A stretch of 61,197 bases of DNA from an uncultured Clostridia bacterium (lineage in GTDB: Bacteria; Bacillota; Clostridia; Christensenellales; UBA1242): positions 1 through 61,197 of the forward strand of contig CALVIT010000002.1 of the NCBI GenBank assembly GCA_944331845.1, given 5' to 3'. The translations under genes and the position numbers were made by a program. Below are positions 1 to 9,500 of the stretch, piece by piece; the first letter of the stretch is position 1; each line of letters starts with the position of its first letter. The notes under the pieces are model-generated. The model did not search any database and was not told the origin of the DNA. It saw nothing but the letters and a program-made list of their open reading frames with translations.

Positions 1-46
1 AATTGTTTACAATTTTGCTGCAACATGCCCTAAGGGGGCTGAACAA

Positions 47-67
47 ACTACCGGCTAAGCCGGTAGT
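47..67 (-). terminator. Possible terminator hairpin downstream of the galU-like gene
   Basis: Perfect 9-bp inverted repeat ACTACCGGC-taa-GCCGGTAGT lies 18 nt past the minus-strand stop. The trailing U-tract on the minus strand is poor (ttgttc). Confidence 0.35.
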
Positions 68-84
68 TGTGATTTATTATTTTG

Positions 85-969
85 TTATTGAGTAATCTGT
101 AAATTATTATCTTTAATATATTTTAATACATAACTTTCAAAGTCTTTGCCGAATTGTTCATCATTCATTGAAATGTCAAAAAATGCTTGCATATAACTAA
201 ATTTATTGCCAATATCATATCTCTTGCCAACAAAATCGTAACATAATACATTGTCATACCTTGCACAATCTACTAGGGCATCTGTCAAAGCATACTCGCC
301 ATTTTTGTTAGGTTTGACATTCTCTAAGAACTTAAAAATATTATTTTTTACAACATATCTGCCTAAATTGACAAGTGGATCAACTATATCTATTTCATTT
401 GGTTTCTCAACTATTTTGGTTAGTTGTGTTGTGCGTTCATCTAACTTTTTACCAATAATTACACCTAATCTTGATGCGTCGTGTTTTGATACTCTTTGTG
501 CACCTATGATATGGGCATCAGACATATTGAATAAATCTATTAATTGTTTTGACGGGCATTTGTCATAAGGGTGATATTTAAAGAACAACTCGTCTCCGTT
601 CATTACAAGAAAATCATTCTTACCTACAATATCCTTTGCCGATAGGATAGCATTAGCGGTGCCATCAAGAATATGTTGTGTAACAAATGTTAAGTTAATG
701 TTATCACTAAAACATAATTTATCTTTGATATCTTTACTTATTTTGTCATAATCAAGATACTTATTTTTTGTAAAATGCTTTTTGATAACTTCTGCATTAT
801 GCCCAACAACAACTATAATATTTTGAATATTGCACTCTATCGCTTCTTTGATGATAAATTCTAGAGTAGGGGTGTCAATAATAGGTAGCATTGGTTTTGG
901 TACTGCTTTAGTATATGGTAGAAATCTTGTCCCGAGTCCTGCCGATAGTATTACTGCATAATTAATCAT
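85..969 (-). CDS. galU: UTP-glucose-1-phosphate uridylyltransferase-like sugar-1-phosphate nucleotidyltransferase
   Basis: The N-terminus AVILSAGLGTRFLPYTKAVPKPMLPIIDTPTLEFIIKEA matches the GalU signature G-x-G-T-R-x-LP-x-TK...PK-x-ML. I moved the start to the ATG at 969, which sits 6 nt after AAGGAG, rather than the TTG at 987 in the ORF track. Confidence 0.75.
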   Translation of the reverse strand: MINYAVILSAGLGTRFLPYTKAVPKPMLPIIDTPTLEFIIKEAIECNIQNIIVVVGHNAEVIKKHFTKNKYLDYDKISKDIKDKLCFSDNINLTFVTQHILDGTANAILSAKDIVGKNDFLVMNGDELFFKYHPYDKCPSKQLIDLFNMSDAHIIGAQRVSKHDASRLGVIIGKKLDERTTQLTKIVEKPNEIDIVDPLVNLGRYVVKNNIFKFLENVKPNKNGEYALTDALVDCARYDNVLCYDFVGKRYDIGNKFSYMQAFFDISMNDEQFGKDFESYVLKYIKDNNLQITQ

Positions 970-979
970 ATTATTCTCC

Positions 980-1747
980 TTAATCAAGATATTTGTTATG
1001 TGTGTATTTAATATCTTTAGTGCGAGTCAAATAAAATGAGTTATCTACAATATCTTCAGTTATGCAAGAACCGGCACCGATTCGACAATTATTTCCTATT
1101 GTTCTAGGTGCAATAATCATAGAATTAGAACCCACAAAGGTGTTAGCGCCTACAAAACTTTTGTGCTTATTCTTGCCGTCGTAATTGCAGAAAATTACTC
1201 CAGCACCTATGTTGACATTGTCGCTAATTGTAGCATCGCCTACATAAGATAAGTGAGCAATCTTTGTACCTTGACCTATTGTGCTTTTTTTAATTTCTAC
1301 AAAATTTCCTATGCGACAATTATCTTGAATATCACACTCATTATGTATATGAGAAAAAGGTCCAATATTTGAGTGAGCACCTATACTAACATTAGTATAT
1401 ATCTGTGAATTTTTGAGTTGACAAGAATCATATATTATAACTTTGTCTTGAATATCGCATTTATAGATAATGCAGTTATTATATACAATACAATCATTAA
1501 GTGTGCTATCTTGTATATTACAATTATCGTAAATAATGCAATTATGTATATAACTATTTTTTATTTGGCAATTATTACCTACAAAACTATTTAATATATC
1601 ACTATTTTGAATATGTTTTATTATACTTTTTTGCACATTTAACGGCATAATGGTATAAAATTGATTATTTAACATATCATTTTCAGTAGGTATGTGTTTA
1701 TTTTTGTTAATTTTAGTGCTAAAATAATGCTTTGTCATATTTATCAT
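980..1747 (-). CDS. Left-handed beta-helix (hexapeptide) acetyltransferase resembling the C-terminal GlcN-1-P acetyltransferase domain of GlmU
   Basis: IGNFVEIKKSTIGQGTKIAHLSYVGDATISDNVNIGAGVIFCNYDGKNKHKSFVGANTFVGSNSMIIAPRTIGNNCRIGAGSCIT is close to the GlmU C-terminal consensus. There is no N-terminal nucleotidyltransferase domain. AAGGAA lies 6 nt before the ATG at 1747. Confidence 0.7.
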   Translation of the reverse strand: MINMTKHYFSTKINKNKHIPTENDMLNNQFYTIMPLNVQKSIIKHIQNSDILNSFVGNNCQIKNSYIHNCIIYDNCNIQDSTLNDCIVYNNCIIYKCDIQDKVIIYDSCQLKNSQIYTNVSIGAHSNIGPFSHIHNECDIQDNCRIGNFVEIKKSTIGQGTKIAHLSYVGDATISDNVNIGAGVIFCNYDGKNKHKSFVGANTFVGSNSMIIAPRTIGNNCRIGAGSCITEDIVDNSFYLTRTKDIKYTHNKYLD

Positions 1748-1836
1748 ATTTAATTCCTTAAAATAATTATATGAGTTAGTTTTATCAAAATTGACAAATG
1801 CCTAACAATATGTTATACTATCATTAGGTGAAAAAT

Positions 1837-4800
1837 ATGAATTATATCTACGAAAATAATGTTTTAACAATTTTGAATTTTGATGAAGACATACCATTAG
1901 AAGTTGTTATGGATGCTAAAAAGGTGGTTATTAGCGAAGGGGTTAAGTGTATCCCTGCTGAGACTTTCAAAAAAGCAAAAAATGTTGTAAGTGTAATTCT
2001 ACCTACATCTTTGGAAGTTATTGAACAAGAAGCATTCTTAGGTTGTGTAGCATTAGAAAATATAAATCTAGAGAATGTTAAAGAAATACAAACGGAAGCA
2101 TTTAAGGGCGATGTTAACTTAAATTATGTAGATATTAGCAATGCGGACATATTGTCAAATGAAACTTTCGCATTTTGTACGAAGTTATCTAAAGTTAAAT
2201 TATGTGAAAGATTACAAACAATTCCTAAGGGGTGCTTTTGTGGCACACACAATCTAGTTGACATAACTTTACCTAGTCAAGTTAAATATTTATTAGATTC
2301 TGCCTTCACTAATTCTGGGGTGCAAAATATAGACTTAAAGAATGTAAAATCTATTGGTAGAAGTTGTTTTGAAGGGTGCCACAATCTAAAAAAGGTTAAC
2401 CTTAAAAATGTACAATCTTTGATGGATAGGGCATTCTTTGGATGCGGACTAGAGAGCATTATTATTAATGTAGATAACATACCTAATAGTTGTTTTGAAG
2501 ATTGCAAGAATTTATCTAATGTTATATTTTTTAATACAAAAAAGATAGATAGTATGGCATTTAAAAATACTGCTATCAAGGAAATAAATTTACCTAATTC
2601 TATGGAGGAAATTGGTAAGGAAGTTTTCGCTGGATGTAAAAATCTTACTCAAGCCTATTTGCCTATAAGTCAATTAGGAGCGGGCACTTTCTTAGATTGT
2701 TATAACTTAAAGTCAGTTAGTGGTAGTATTCAAATAATAGGCGATTATGCTTTCAAAAATTGTGGTAGTCTAGTCGAAGTTAATTTTGATAATGTACAAA
2801 AAATTGGAAACTTCGCATTCAATGGATGTAGAACTTTACCACAATTTGATTTTAGTAAAGTTGAGAGTATTGGACAATCTGCTTTTATTGAATGTAAGAA
2901 GTTACAAGATAAAGGTTATTTAGATTTAGCAAATGTTACAAGTATTGGGGAAGGCGCTTTTGGTAAATGCGAAAGCGTAAAAAATGTTACCTTACCTAAA
3001 ATTAAAAATATTCCTTCTTCACTTTTTGAAGGGTGTAAACAAATTGAAGAAATTGAAGTAATGGAAGGCACTATAAGTATTGGCGTTGGAGCATTCAAAG
3101 AGTGCGAAAATCTTAAGAGTGTTAAATTGCCTGATTCTATTCGAGTATTGGGACCTATGACTTTTATGGCGTGCAAAAATCTAGAGAACATAAACTTACC
3201 TAATGGCATAGAAGTTTTGCCTGTCGATATATTTAGTCATTGTGAGAATTTACGCAATGTTAAATTACCACAAAATTTGAGAACTATTGAGAGTCGAGCA
3301 TTCTATGAGTCAGGAATAGATAAAATACTTTTTCCTTCAAAATTACAAGAAATAGATTCTATGGCTTTTATGGGGTGCAAAAACATAAAGAAGTTAGAAT
3401 TAGCAAATATCAACAAGATTAATACTACAGCATTTGAAGACTGTAGAAATATTGAAGAGTTGAGAATTCCTTATTCAATGTTAATTAACAGTAATGAACA
3501 ATATACGCATAGTTTGTTGAGTGAAAATTTCTATTCTAATGGCAAACTCAAAAATGTAATATTATTTGATGACAAAAAAGAATTTAGTCTAACATTAAGC
3601 GATAAAGAGAAGTTAAATAATATTTATTGCATAAGTTATAAGGGAAAGAATTATTTTTGTTTATTGACAAATTCTAGAATAATCATAGATGGTGAGAAAT
3701 CAAAAATAGAATTACCGCTTGCCGACATTCAAAAATTAGACAACGCTGACTATTTCTTTGATAAAAATACAACATTTATTTCGCCTGTTGAAAAATACGA
3801 GAAAATTCAAAACTTTTTGAAATATTATTTATTTTTGAATGAAAATAATTATACTTTATCAAAAAATGATATTGTTGCTGCTTTAAGTTTGAATGAGAAT
3901 CAATACGCTGAATACCACAGACACAAAGATTATTTTGACAAAGCGAATAAGAGATTTGGTGCTGTTGACTATAATAGTCAATCAACTTTCTTTAAACTTT
4001 GTTATAATTTAGGTCTATTTTGTGATGATGAGAGACATAGAATTAATGTATTAAATTTCATTAACAAAACTTTAGTGAATGATGAATTTATCAACAAAGA
4101 TAACATAAGTGATAAATTAGAAGGCTTAAAGGTATCAAGTGAAGTTAACTTGAATCTATTAAATTTCTTTAAACAAAACTACAAAAGTCTTGAGAAAGAC
4201 AACAACTGTGCAATTTTGGTGTATGCTATCAATAATTATAATGAAATATCTCAACTATTACCACAATTAACTGTTGACAAGTTAATTGAATTTGTGGACA
4301 ATAACCTATACAAAAATATCAATAAAGGAAATGAGAAACTAGCAAGACTTGTGCATTTAGCAGGTTATAATCAAAGCGATTTTGAGAAGTTACAAAATAT
4401 TTTTGAAGAATCAAAAAAGCAACCGCAAAATGTTTTCGATGAGATAGACGCTGTTAATAGAGAGATTGATAACACTGAAAAGACAATATTATCAAAATTG
4501 TTAGACAAAGTTGATGCTGACTTCACATTTGAATGGTTAAGTAAACACAGCGAGTATAACCTAGTACTAGGCAATATTTGCAAATGCTGTGCTAGATTAG
4601 GGGCATTAGGTTTTGGTATAATGCAGTCGTCAGCACTTGACCCAAGAGTACAAAATATAGTTATTAAAGACAAGAACGGAGATTTCATCGCCAAGTCAAC
4701 TGTGTATGTTAACAAAAAAAGGCAATACGCCGTATTCAATAATTTTGTTGTCAAAGACCATTATAAAGAAGGAGATAAGGGCGAACAAGTCTATGAAGCA

Positions 4801-5043
4801 TTTATGCGGGGAATAAACGCTTTTATCGAAGAATATGATAATAATAACCCTGATTATCCGTTATTAGATGTAACTGTTGGAATGAATGCAAATAAATTAG
4901 CGGACATTGTCAAACAAAAATTGAAAAAAAGTCCTATATTATATCAGGGGGCGAAATTTCAAGGGTACGCAGGGGATAGTGCTCAAGAACAGTATGTTAT
5001 ATATCAAAAACCAAATATTGATAACAAAATGGAGAAATTATGA
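1837..5043 (+). CDS. BspA-type leucine-rich-repeat (LRR_5) protein with a ~530-aa uncharacterised C-terminal domain; no signal peptide
   Basis: About 20 repeats of the pattern IP..V..I...AF.gC..L..I.LP over aa ~30-540. The rest has no recognisable motif. I chose the ATG at 1837, 6 nt after AGGTG, over the GTG at 1828. Confidence 0.7.
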   Translation: MNYIYENNVLTILNFDEDIPLEVVMDAKKVVISEGVKCIPAETFKKAKNVVSVILPTSLEVIEQEAFLGCVALENINLENVKEIQTEAFKGDVNLNYVDISNADILSNETFAFCTKLSKVKLCERLQTIPKGCFCGTHNLVDITLPSQVKYLLDSAFTNSGVQNIDLKNVKSIGRSCFEGCHNLKKVNLKNVQSLMDRAFFGCGLESIIINVDNIPNSCFEDCKNLSNVIFFNTKKIDSMAFKNTAIKEINLPNSMEEIGKEVFAGCKNLTQAYLPISQLGAGTFLDCYNLKSVSGSIQIIGDYAFKNCGSLVEVNFDNVQKIGNFAFNGCRTLPQFDFSKVESIGQSAFIECKKLQDKGYLDLANVTSIGEGAFGKCESVKNVTLPKIKNIPSSLFEGCKQIEEIEVMEGTISIGVGAFKECENLKSVKLPDSIRVLGPMTFMACKNLENINLPNGIEVLPVDIFSHCENLRNVKLPQNLRTIESRAFYESGIDKILFPSKLQEIDSMAFMGCKNIKKLELANINKINTTAFEDCRNIEELRIPYSMLINSNEQYTHSLLSENFYSNGKLKNVILFDDKKEFSLTLSDKEKLNNIYCISYKGKNYFCLLTNSRIIIDGEKSKIELPLADIQKLDNADYFFDKNTTFISPVEKYEKIQNFLKYYLFLNENNYTLSKNDIVAALSLNENQYAEYHRHKDYFDKANKRFGAVDYNSQSTFFKLCYNLGLFCDDERHRINVLNFINKTLVNDEFINKDNISDKLEGLKVSSEVNLNLLNFFKQNYKSLEKDNNCAILVYAINNYNEISQLLPQLTVDKLIEFVDNNLYKNINKGNEKLARLVHLAGYNQSDFEKLQNIFEESKKQPQNVFDEIDAVNREIDNTEKTILSKLLDKVDADFTFEWLSKHSEYNLVLGNICKCCARLGALGFGIMQSSALDPRVQNIVIKDKNGDFIAKSTVYVNKKRQYAVFNNFVVKDHYKEGDKGEQVYEAFMRGINAFIEEYDNNNPDYPLLDVTVGMNANKLADIVKQKLKKSPILYQGAKFQGYAGDSAQEQYVIYQKPNIDNKMEKL

Positions 5044-5261
5044 CCAAAGGCAATGACAAAACATTACAGTATTTATCAGCACAGGCACAAGCACTTGAGC
5101 ATTTGCAGAGTGAGAGAACAAAACTCAATGAATTTATCAAAGAACTGAGAGAAGATTATATTAGCGCAGGCGATCCGCTCAAAATTGAGATAGAGAAAAA
5201 GGCTGAAGAAGCACTTATTAGGTTAAATAAAATATTAGAGAAATTAAAGCAGATGGCATAA
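5040..5261 (+). CDS. Small (73 aa) predicted all-helical/coiled-coil protein, translationally coupled to the LRR gene
   Basis: ATGA start/stop overlap with the upstream CDS, with GGAGA just upstream. The sequence is rich in charged heptad-like stretches. No family was recognised. Confidence 0.5.
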   Translation: MTKGNDKTLQYLSAQAQALEHLQSERTKLNEFIKELREDYISAGDPLKIEIEKKAEEALIRLNKILEKLKQMA

Positions 5262-5310
5262 CGAAATTTTGTTAAATTTGACAAAATATGTCTTATTTAT
5301 CAAAAATAGT

Positions 5311-5338
5311 TTGCAAATAATAAAATATATGGTATACT
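5311..5338 (+). promoter_or_regulatory. Sigma-A-type promoter for acpP
   Basis: TTGCAA-N16-TGG-TATACT (extended -10) sits about 30 nt upstream of the AAGGAGG RBS of acpP. Confidence 0.5.
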
Positions 5339-5369
5339 TTTGACAATAAATTCAGTAAGGAGGAAATAA

Positions 5370-5597
5370 ATGTTTACACAATTGCAGGATATTCTTGCTA
5401 AACAATTAAACATTAGCAAAGATAAGATTACACCAGATAGTCGTCTATTAGAAGACTTAAATGCTGATTCTCTTGATTTTGTTGAATTGCTTATGACACT
5501 TGAAGATGAATTTGGTATTACAATTAGCGATGAAGATGCTAAAAATCTTAAAACTATAGATGATGTTTGCAAATATATAGAAACACACAAAAATTAA
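5370..5597 (+). CDS. acpP: Acyl carrier protein
   Basis: 75 aa with the phosphopantetheine attachment motif LNADSLDFVELLM and a strong RBS (taaggagg). It stands alone, with no fab genes nearby. Confidence 0.9.
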   Translation: MFTQLQDILAKQLNISKDKITPDSRLLEDLNADSLDFVELLMTLEDEFGITISDEDAKNLKTIDDVCKYIETHKN

Positions 5598-5666
5598 TAT
5601 TATAATTATTGATATATTAATTATTTTATTTATATTAAGTACAAATATTTTTGTACAATAGTTAAC

Positions 5667-5696
5667 AAGGGAATTTAATTTTTCCCTTTTTTTTGT
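5667..5696 (+). terminator. Intrinsic terminator after acpP
   Basis: AAGGGAA-loop-TTCCCTT hairpin followed by an 8-nt T-run. Confidence 0.75.
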
Positions 5697-5748
5697 TAAA
5701 AAATAAAAAAAATTATAAAACATTATAAACTATTTTAAATTATGTTAT

Positions 5749-5895
5749 GTAAATTAGTTTATTATAGATTATAAATTTACTTAAATGTAGATTATAAATT
5801 ATTTAAAACTATGTGATATAAATTACTTAAAATTATATGTATAAATTAATTAAAGATATATGTTATAAATTATGTTAAAAATAGATTATAAATTA
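5749..5895. repeat. Seven phased copies of (T/G)ATAAATTA within a degenerate ~23-bp tandem unit
   Basis: The ATAAATT cores start at 5749(GTAAATT), 5771, 5794, 5818, 5841, 5865 and 5888, giving spacings of 22, 23, 24, 23, 24 and 23 bp. The unit is roughly tAGATTATAAATTAcTTAAAa. Confidence 0.7.
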
Positions 5896-6045
5896 ATAAA
5901 TAATAAAAATAAATATAAAACCTTGTATCATAATTATTAAATTTATATATTTATACGACCTATAAATGTGTTTTTGACAAGTTTTTACATAATATACTTC
6001 TAATTCGACAACATACGACATATTATTTTTGTAGGAGGAAATAGT

Positions 6046-6318
6046 ATGTCTGAAATTGAATTAAGGACAATCAAAGAAGCAGAATACATTATTTTAACTC
6101 AAAGCACTATTCGCCAAACTGCAAATAAAATGGGCGTGTCAAAAAGTACAGTACATAATGATTTAAAATATAGATTGCCACATATTAATCGCAAGTTATA
6201 TGTTAGTATTCAAAAAATTTTACAAATACATTTTGAAGAGAAGCATATCAAAGGTGGACTAGCAACAAAACAAAAATTATTAATAAAAAAACAAAAGTTA
6301 AATGCCGTAAATAAATAA
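6046..6318 (+). CDS. spoIIID: Sporulation transcriptional regulator SpoIIID
   Basis: 90 aa. The HTH segment IRQTANKMGVSKSTVHNDL and the downstream EEKHIKGGLATKQK match the SpoIIID family. The RBS is taggagg. Confidence 0.85.
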   Translation: MSEIELRTIKEAEYIILTQSTIRQTANKMGVSKSTVHNDLKYRLPHINRKLYVSIQKILQIHFEEKHIKGGLATKQKLLIKKQKLNAVNK

Positions 6319-6348
6319 TAGTTGAATATAAAAAATATGTAAATTTAT

Positions 6349-6378
6349 GACCTTGTTTAAGCAAGGTTGTTTTTTTAT
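6349..6378 (+). terminator. Intrinsic terminator after spoIIID
   Basis: ACCTTG-tttaag-CAAGGT hairpin followed by tgttttttt. Confidence 0.75.
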
Positions 6379-6448
6379 TAAAAAAAATTCATATATTCTA
6401 TTTCTTAACAAAAAATAAATAAAAATTATCAATTATCAAGCAATTTAT

Positions 6449-6478
6449 TTGACTTTATATGTCGAATTTTGATACAAT
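6449..6478 (+). promoter_or_regulatory. Sigma-A-type promoter of the giant lipoprotein gene, with a 0A-box-like heptamer in the spacer
   Basis: TTGACT-N18-TACAAT. The heptamer TGTCGAA lies at 6460-6466, inside the spacer. Confidence 0.45.
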
Positions 6479-6572
6479 TTTAGAGTAAAATAAAAAAAAT
6501 AAAAATTTATACATTTTATTGTAAAAAATGCAAAATTGCATAAAATACAAAAGTAAATTTTATGGAGAAGTT

Positions 6573-9500
6573 ATGAATAAGTTATTATTGATTTGTTTAA
6601 TATTAATTACTGCTTCAGGGATGTTGTTCTCTGCTTGTAATAATGACCCATACAAAGATATGAAACTAATTGTAGAACAAGAGAGTATCGAGATTGTTCT
6701 TAACCACGATACGCTTGATGATTCACAAGAAGGAGAGTCTGAAGATGAGCAAGAAGGCGAAGGACAAGATGCTGAAGAACCTGAGACTCCACCTAACACT
6801 GCTTATTTGCAAGCGCACATTGAGAATAAGAACAAAAAGCAATCTACAAAAGTGCTTTTTGACATTATGGACAAGTCGCTTGCTACAATATCAGTAGAAG
6901 TGGTAGACGGGGTGTACACTGCGACAATAGTAGCGCTTCAACCCGGTGAGACTGTCATAACTGTTATGAGTCAGGAAGGGAATAAATCTACATTAGTTCC
7001 GCTTAAGGTAATTGAACCTATAACGGGGTTAAGTTTTGATAATGATTTCTCTTTAGCAGTAGCAGTTGGTAAGCAGTATCAATTCTCAACTTCTAATTTT
7101 AATTATGAACCAACGCTCACTAATCAAAAAGAAGTTACATATTCTTTAGAGACTGCAGTTAATGGTATAACCATCACTGAAGATGGTCTATTGACTGTAA
7201 ATGCTCAACCAGCCGAAAGATATGTTACAGTAGTAGCAAGGAGTATACATAACGAAGAACTTGTTACGACAACAAGAGTGTACATATATTATGAACTCAA
7301 CGAAGACAGTATTCATATTGTCGCAAACAATATGGAAATAGTAGATGTCTTAAGTGTTGGCAAGAATACAAATTATAATAACATACCTGTTGAGATAAGG
7401 ATAGACAATCCAACCGAAGAATATATCGCTTATGCACAAGTTAGCGATGTCAATGTCATAAGCGTTCAACGCTTGACAGGTCAAAATTTAATCTTTAAAG
7501 TAACAGGTATTGAACAAAGCAAAGCAACAATAACTTTTAGAATAGGTATAGTAGGAATTACAGAACAAGAATACATAGAGAAGACTATAAATGTTGAAAT
7601 CATTGATTTGATTGATACTATCTATGTCAATGGCTCAAGTAGTAATTCAAGCATAACAGTATTTGATAGTTATGCAAGCACTGCTGATACAGCGTATGGA
7701 ACCAAGGTGTCTATAGAAGTTACCCCTACAAACGCTGCTAATAAGAGCATAACATTTAGTGCTGATGATGTAAGTAAAGCAAATTTAAGTAAATTAGACT
7801 TCTTCACTTCTTCAGGTACTAAAATTAATGATATTCTTAGTCATAGTATGAGTAATGGCGGTATCATATTTGTTAAACCAAAAGAAGGTGTCGACTTCAC
7901 TGAATTTGTGTGCAAATTAACAGTAGTAGGTAACTCTACATTTGATGTAGACGCTAGAGTGTATAACGAGATAACAATTAATGTAAAAAATGGTATAAAC
8001 TCAATATCATTTGTTAACGAACAAGCATATATTGACTTAAATAAGAGCGACTATCAAGAGTATCAATACATAGTTAACAAAATAATAGTAACTGATATTA
8101 ATATTGCCACAACGCTTGCAGGATTTGAATTAGATAATTTGAGAGTACTTGTTCAAAATCCTAATGTTTTGTCAGCAAAGATTGAGAATGGTAAATTATA
8201 TATAAAGCCTTTAAGTGCTGGTATAACGACATTGAGTTTGACTGCGCCTAACGGAATATCTACAACGCCTGCGACAATTAATGTAGTTGTGCCAACTGAC
8301 ACAGCGTATGTAGATGTCAACAAGAATGCTTACAAAGAGCAAATAGCAAGCATTGAAAGGGGCGAGAATAACATTCTTACCAAAATTAATGCTAATGTAA
8401 ATAGCGTTATTGGACTATATATCGCTAAGTCAAATGTAGATGGGACAATTTGGAATTTGAGTTACACTTCTAGTCAAACCTTTGTAGCGACAATTACAAA
8501 TCAAGGGACTATTCGCTCAATGTCTCAAGGTACTACAACAATAACAGCGACATTTAGTTACGCAAAGTATGATGAAGACACCAATACAATAATTGCACAA
8601 GATGTTACTCAAGAGATAGAATTCTTTAGTTTTAATCCTATCACAGAATTTAACATAGGCAAATCTTCTGCGACGATTTATGATATTAACACTATTGGAT
8701 ACTATGATGCTTCGCTATATTCTACAGTAGACTTCAATGTTCAAATGAATGATGCGTATATTCAAAGAAACGCTATTAGAATATACATTTATGGCGAAAT
8801 GTTCGACATAGAGAATTCGCAAGATACTTATAAGATTGTAGGTCAAAATGGTATACTATTCTATCACGGACAAGGGCAGGCAACATTCTTAGGTAAGATT
8901 AATAACAATAATTATACTGCATCAGTTGGTATAATCGCTGAAATACACGAATTCGACAGAGTATATAGAAGTATTTGTGAAGTAACTATTAATAAAGCAA
9001 CAAAAGTTAATGAAATAGTTGTCTATAACACAAATACACAAGTTGTGGATGGTAAGACATATTACAATATGTACTTTAAGACAGGGTTAGGAGTAGGCGA
9101 AGACACAACTAACACACAACAGATTAAAGTGTCAACCTTGCCATCGACGGCGGTAAATAGTGGGGTATATTACTTCGCGTATGACTATCTAGAAAATAAC
9201 ACAATAAGTACTATGACCCCTGCAAGTGAAATAATTAAGGTATCACAAGATGGTGTAGTTACTCCATTGAGAGCAGGTTCTGCTAAAGTTGTAATTGTTC
9301 CAAGGGATGAATTATACAACTTTGACTTAAATGATGATGGTACTTTGTCAGTTAATGAACTATTACTTAATTTACAAAGATTGCAAGAAGAAGGTAGTAC
9401 TCTTAGGTACAAAGAAATTGTTGTTGATGTAGCAGATGGTACATTAGAGAACCCTTATCAAATCGCTAGTGCAGTAGATTTCTTGAATATTTCTACAGGA

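Noticed and set aside
6528-6572. ORF-track start of the giant gene at 6528
   Set aside because: There is no RBS, and the extra 15 residues would bury the lipoprotein signal peptide. The ATG at 6573 has GGAGAA at proper spacing.
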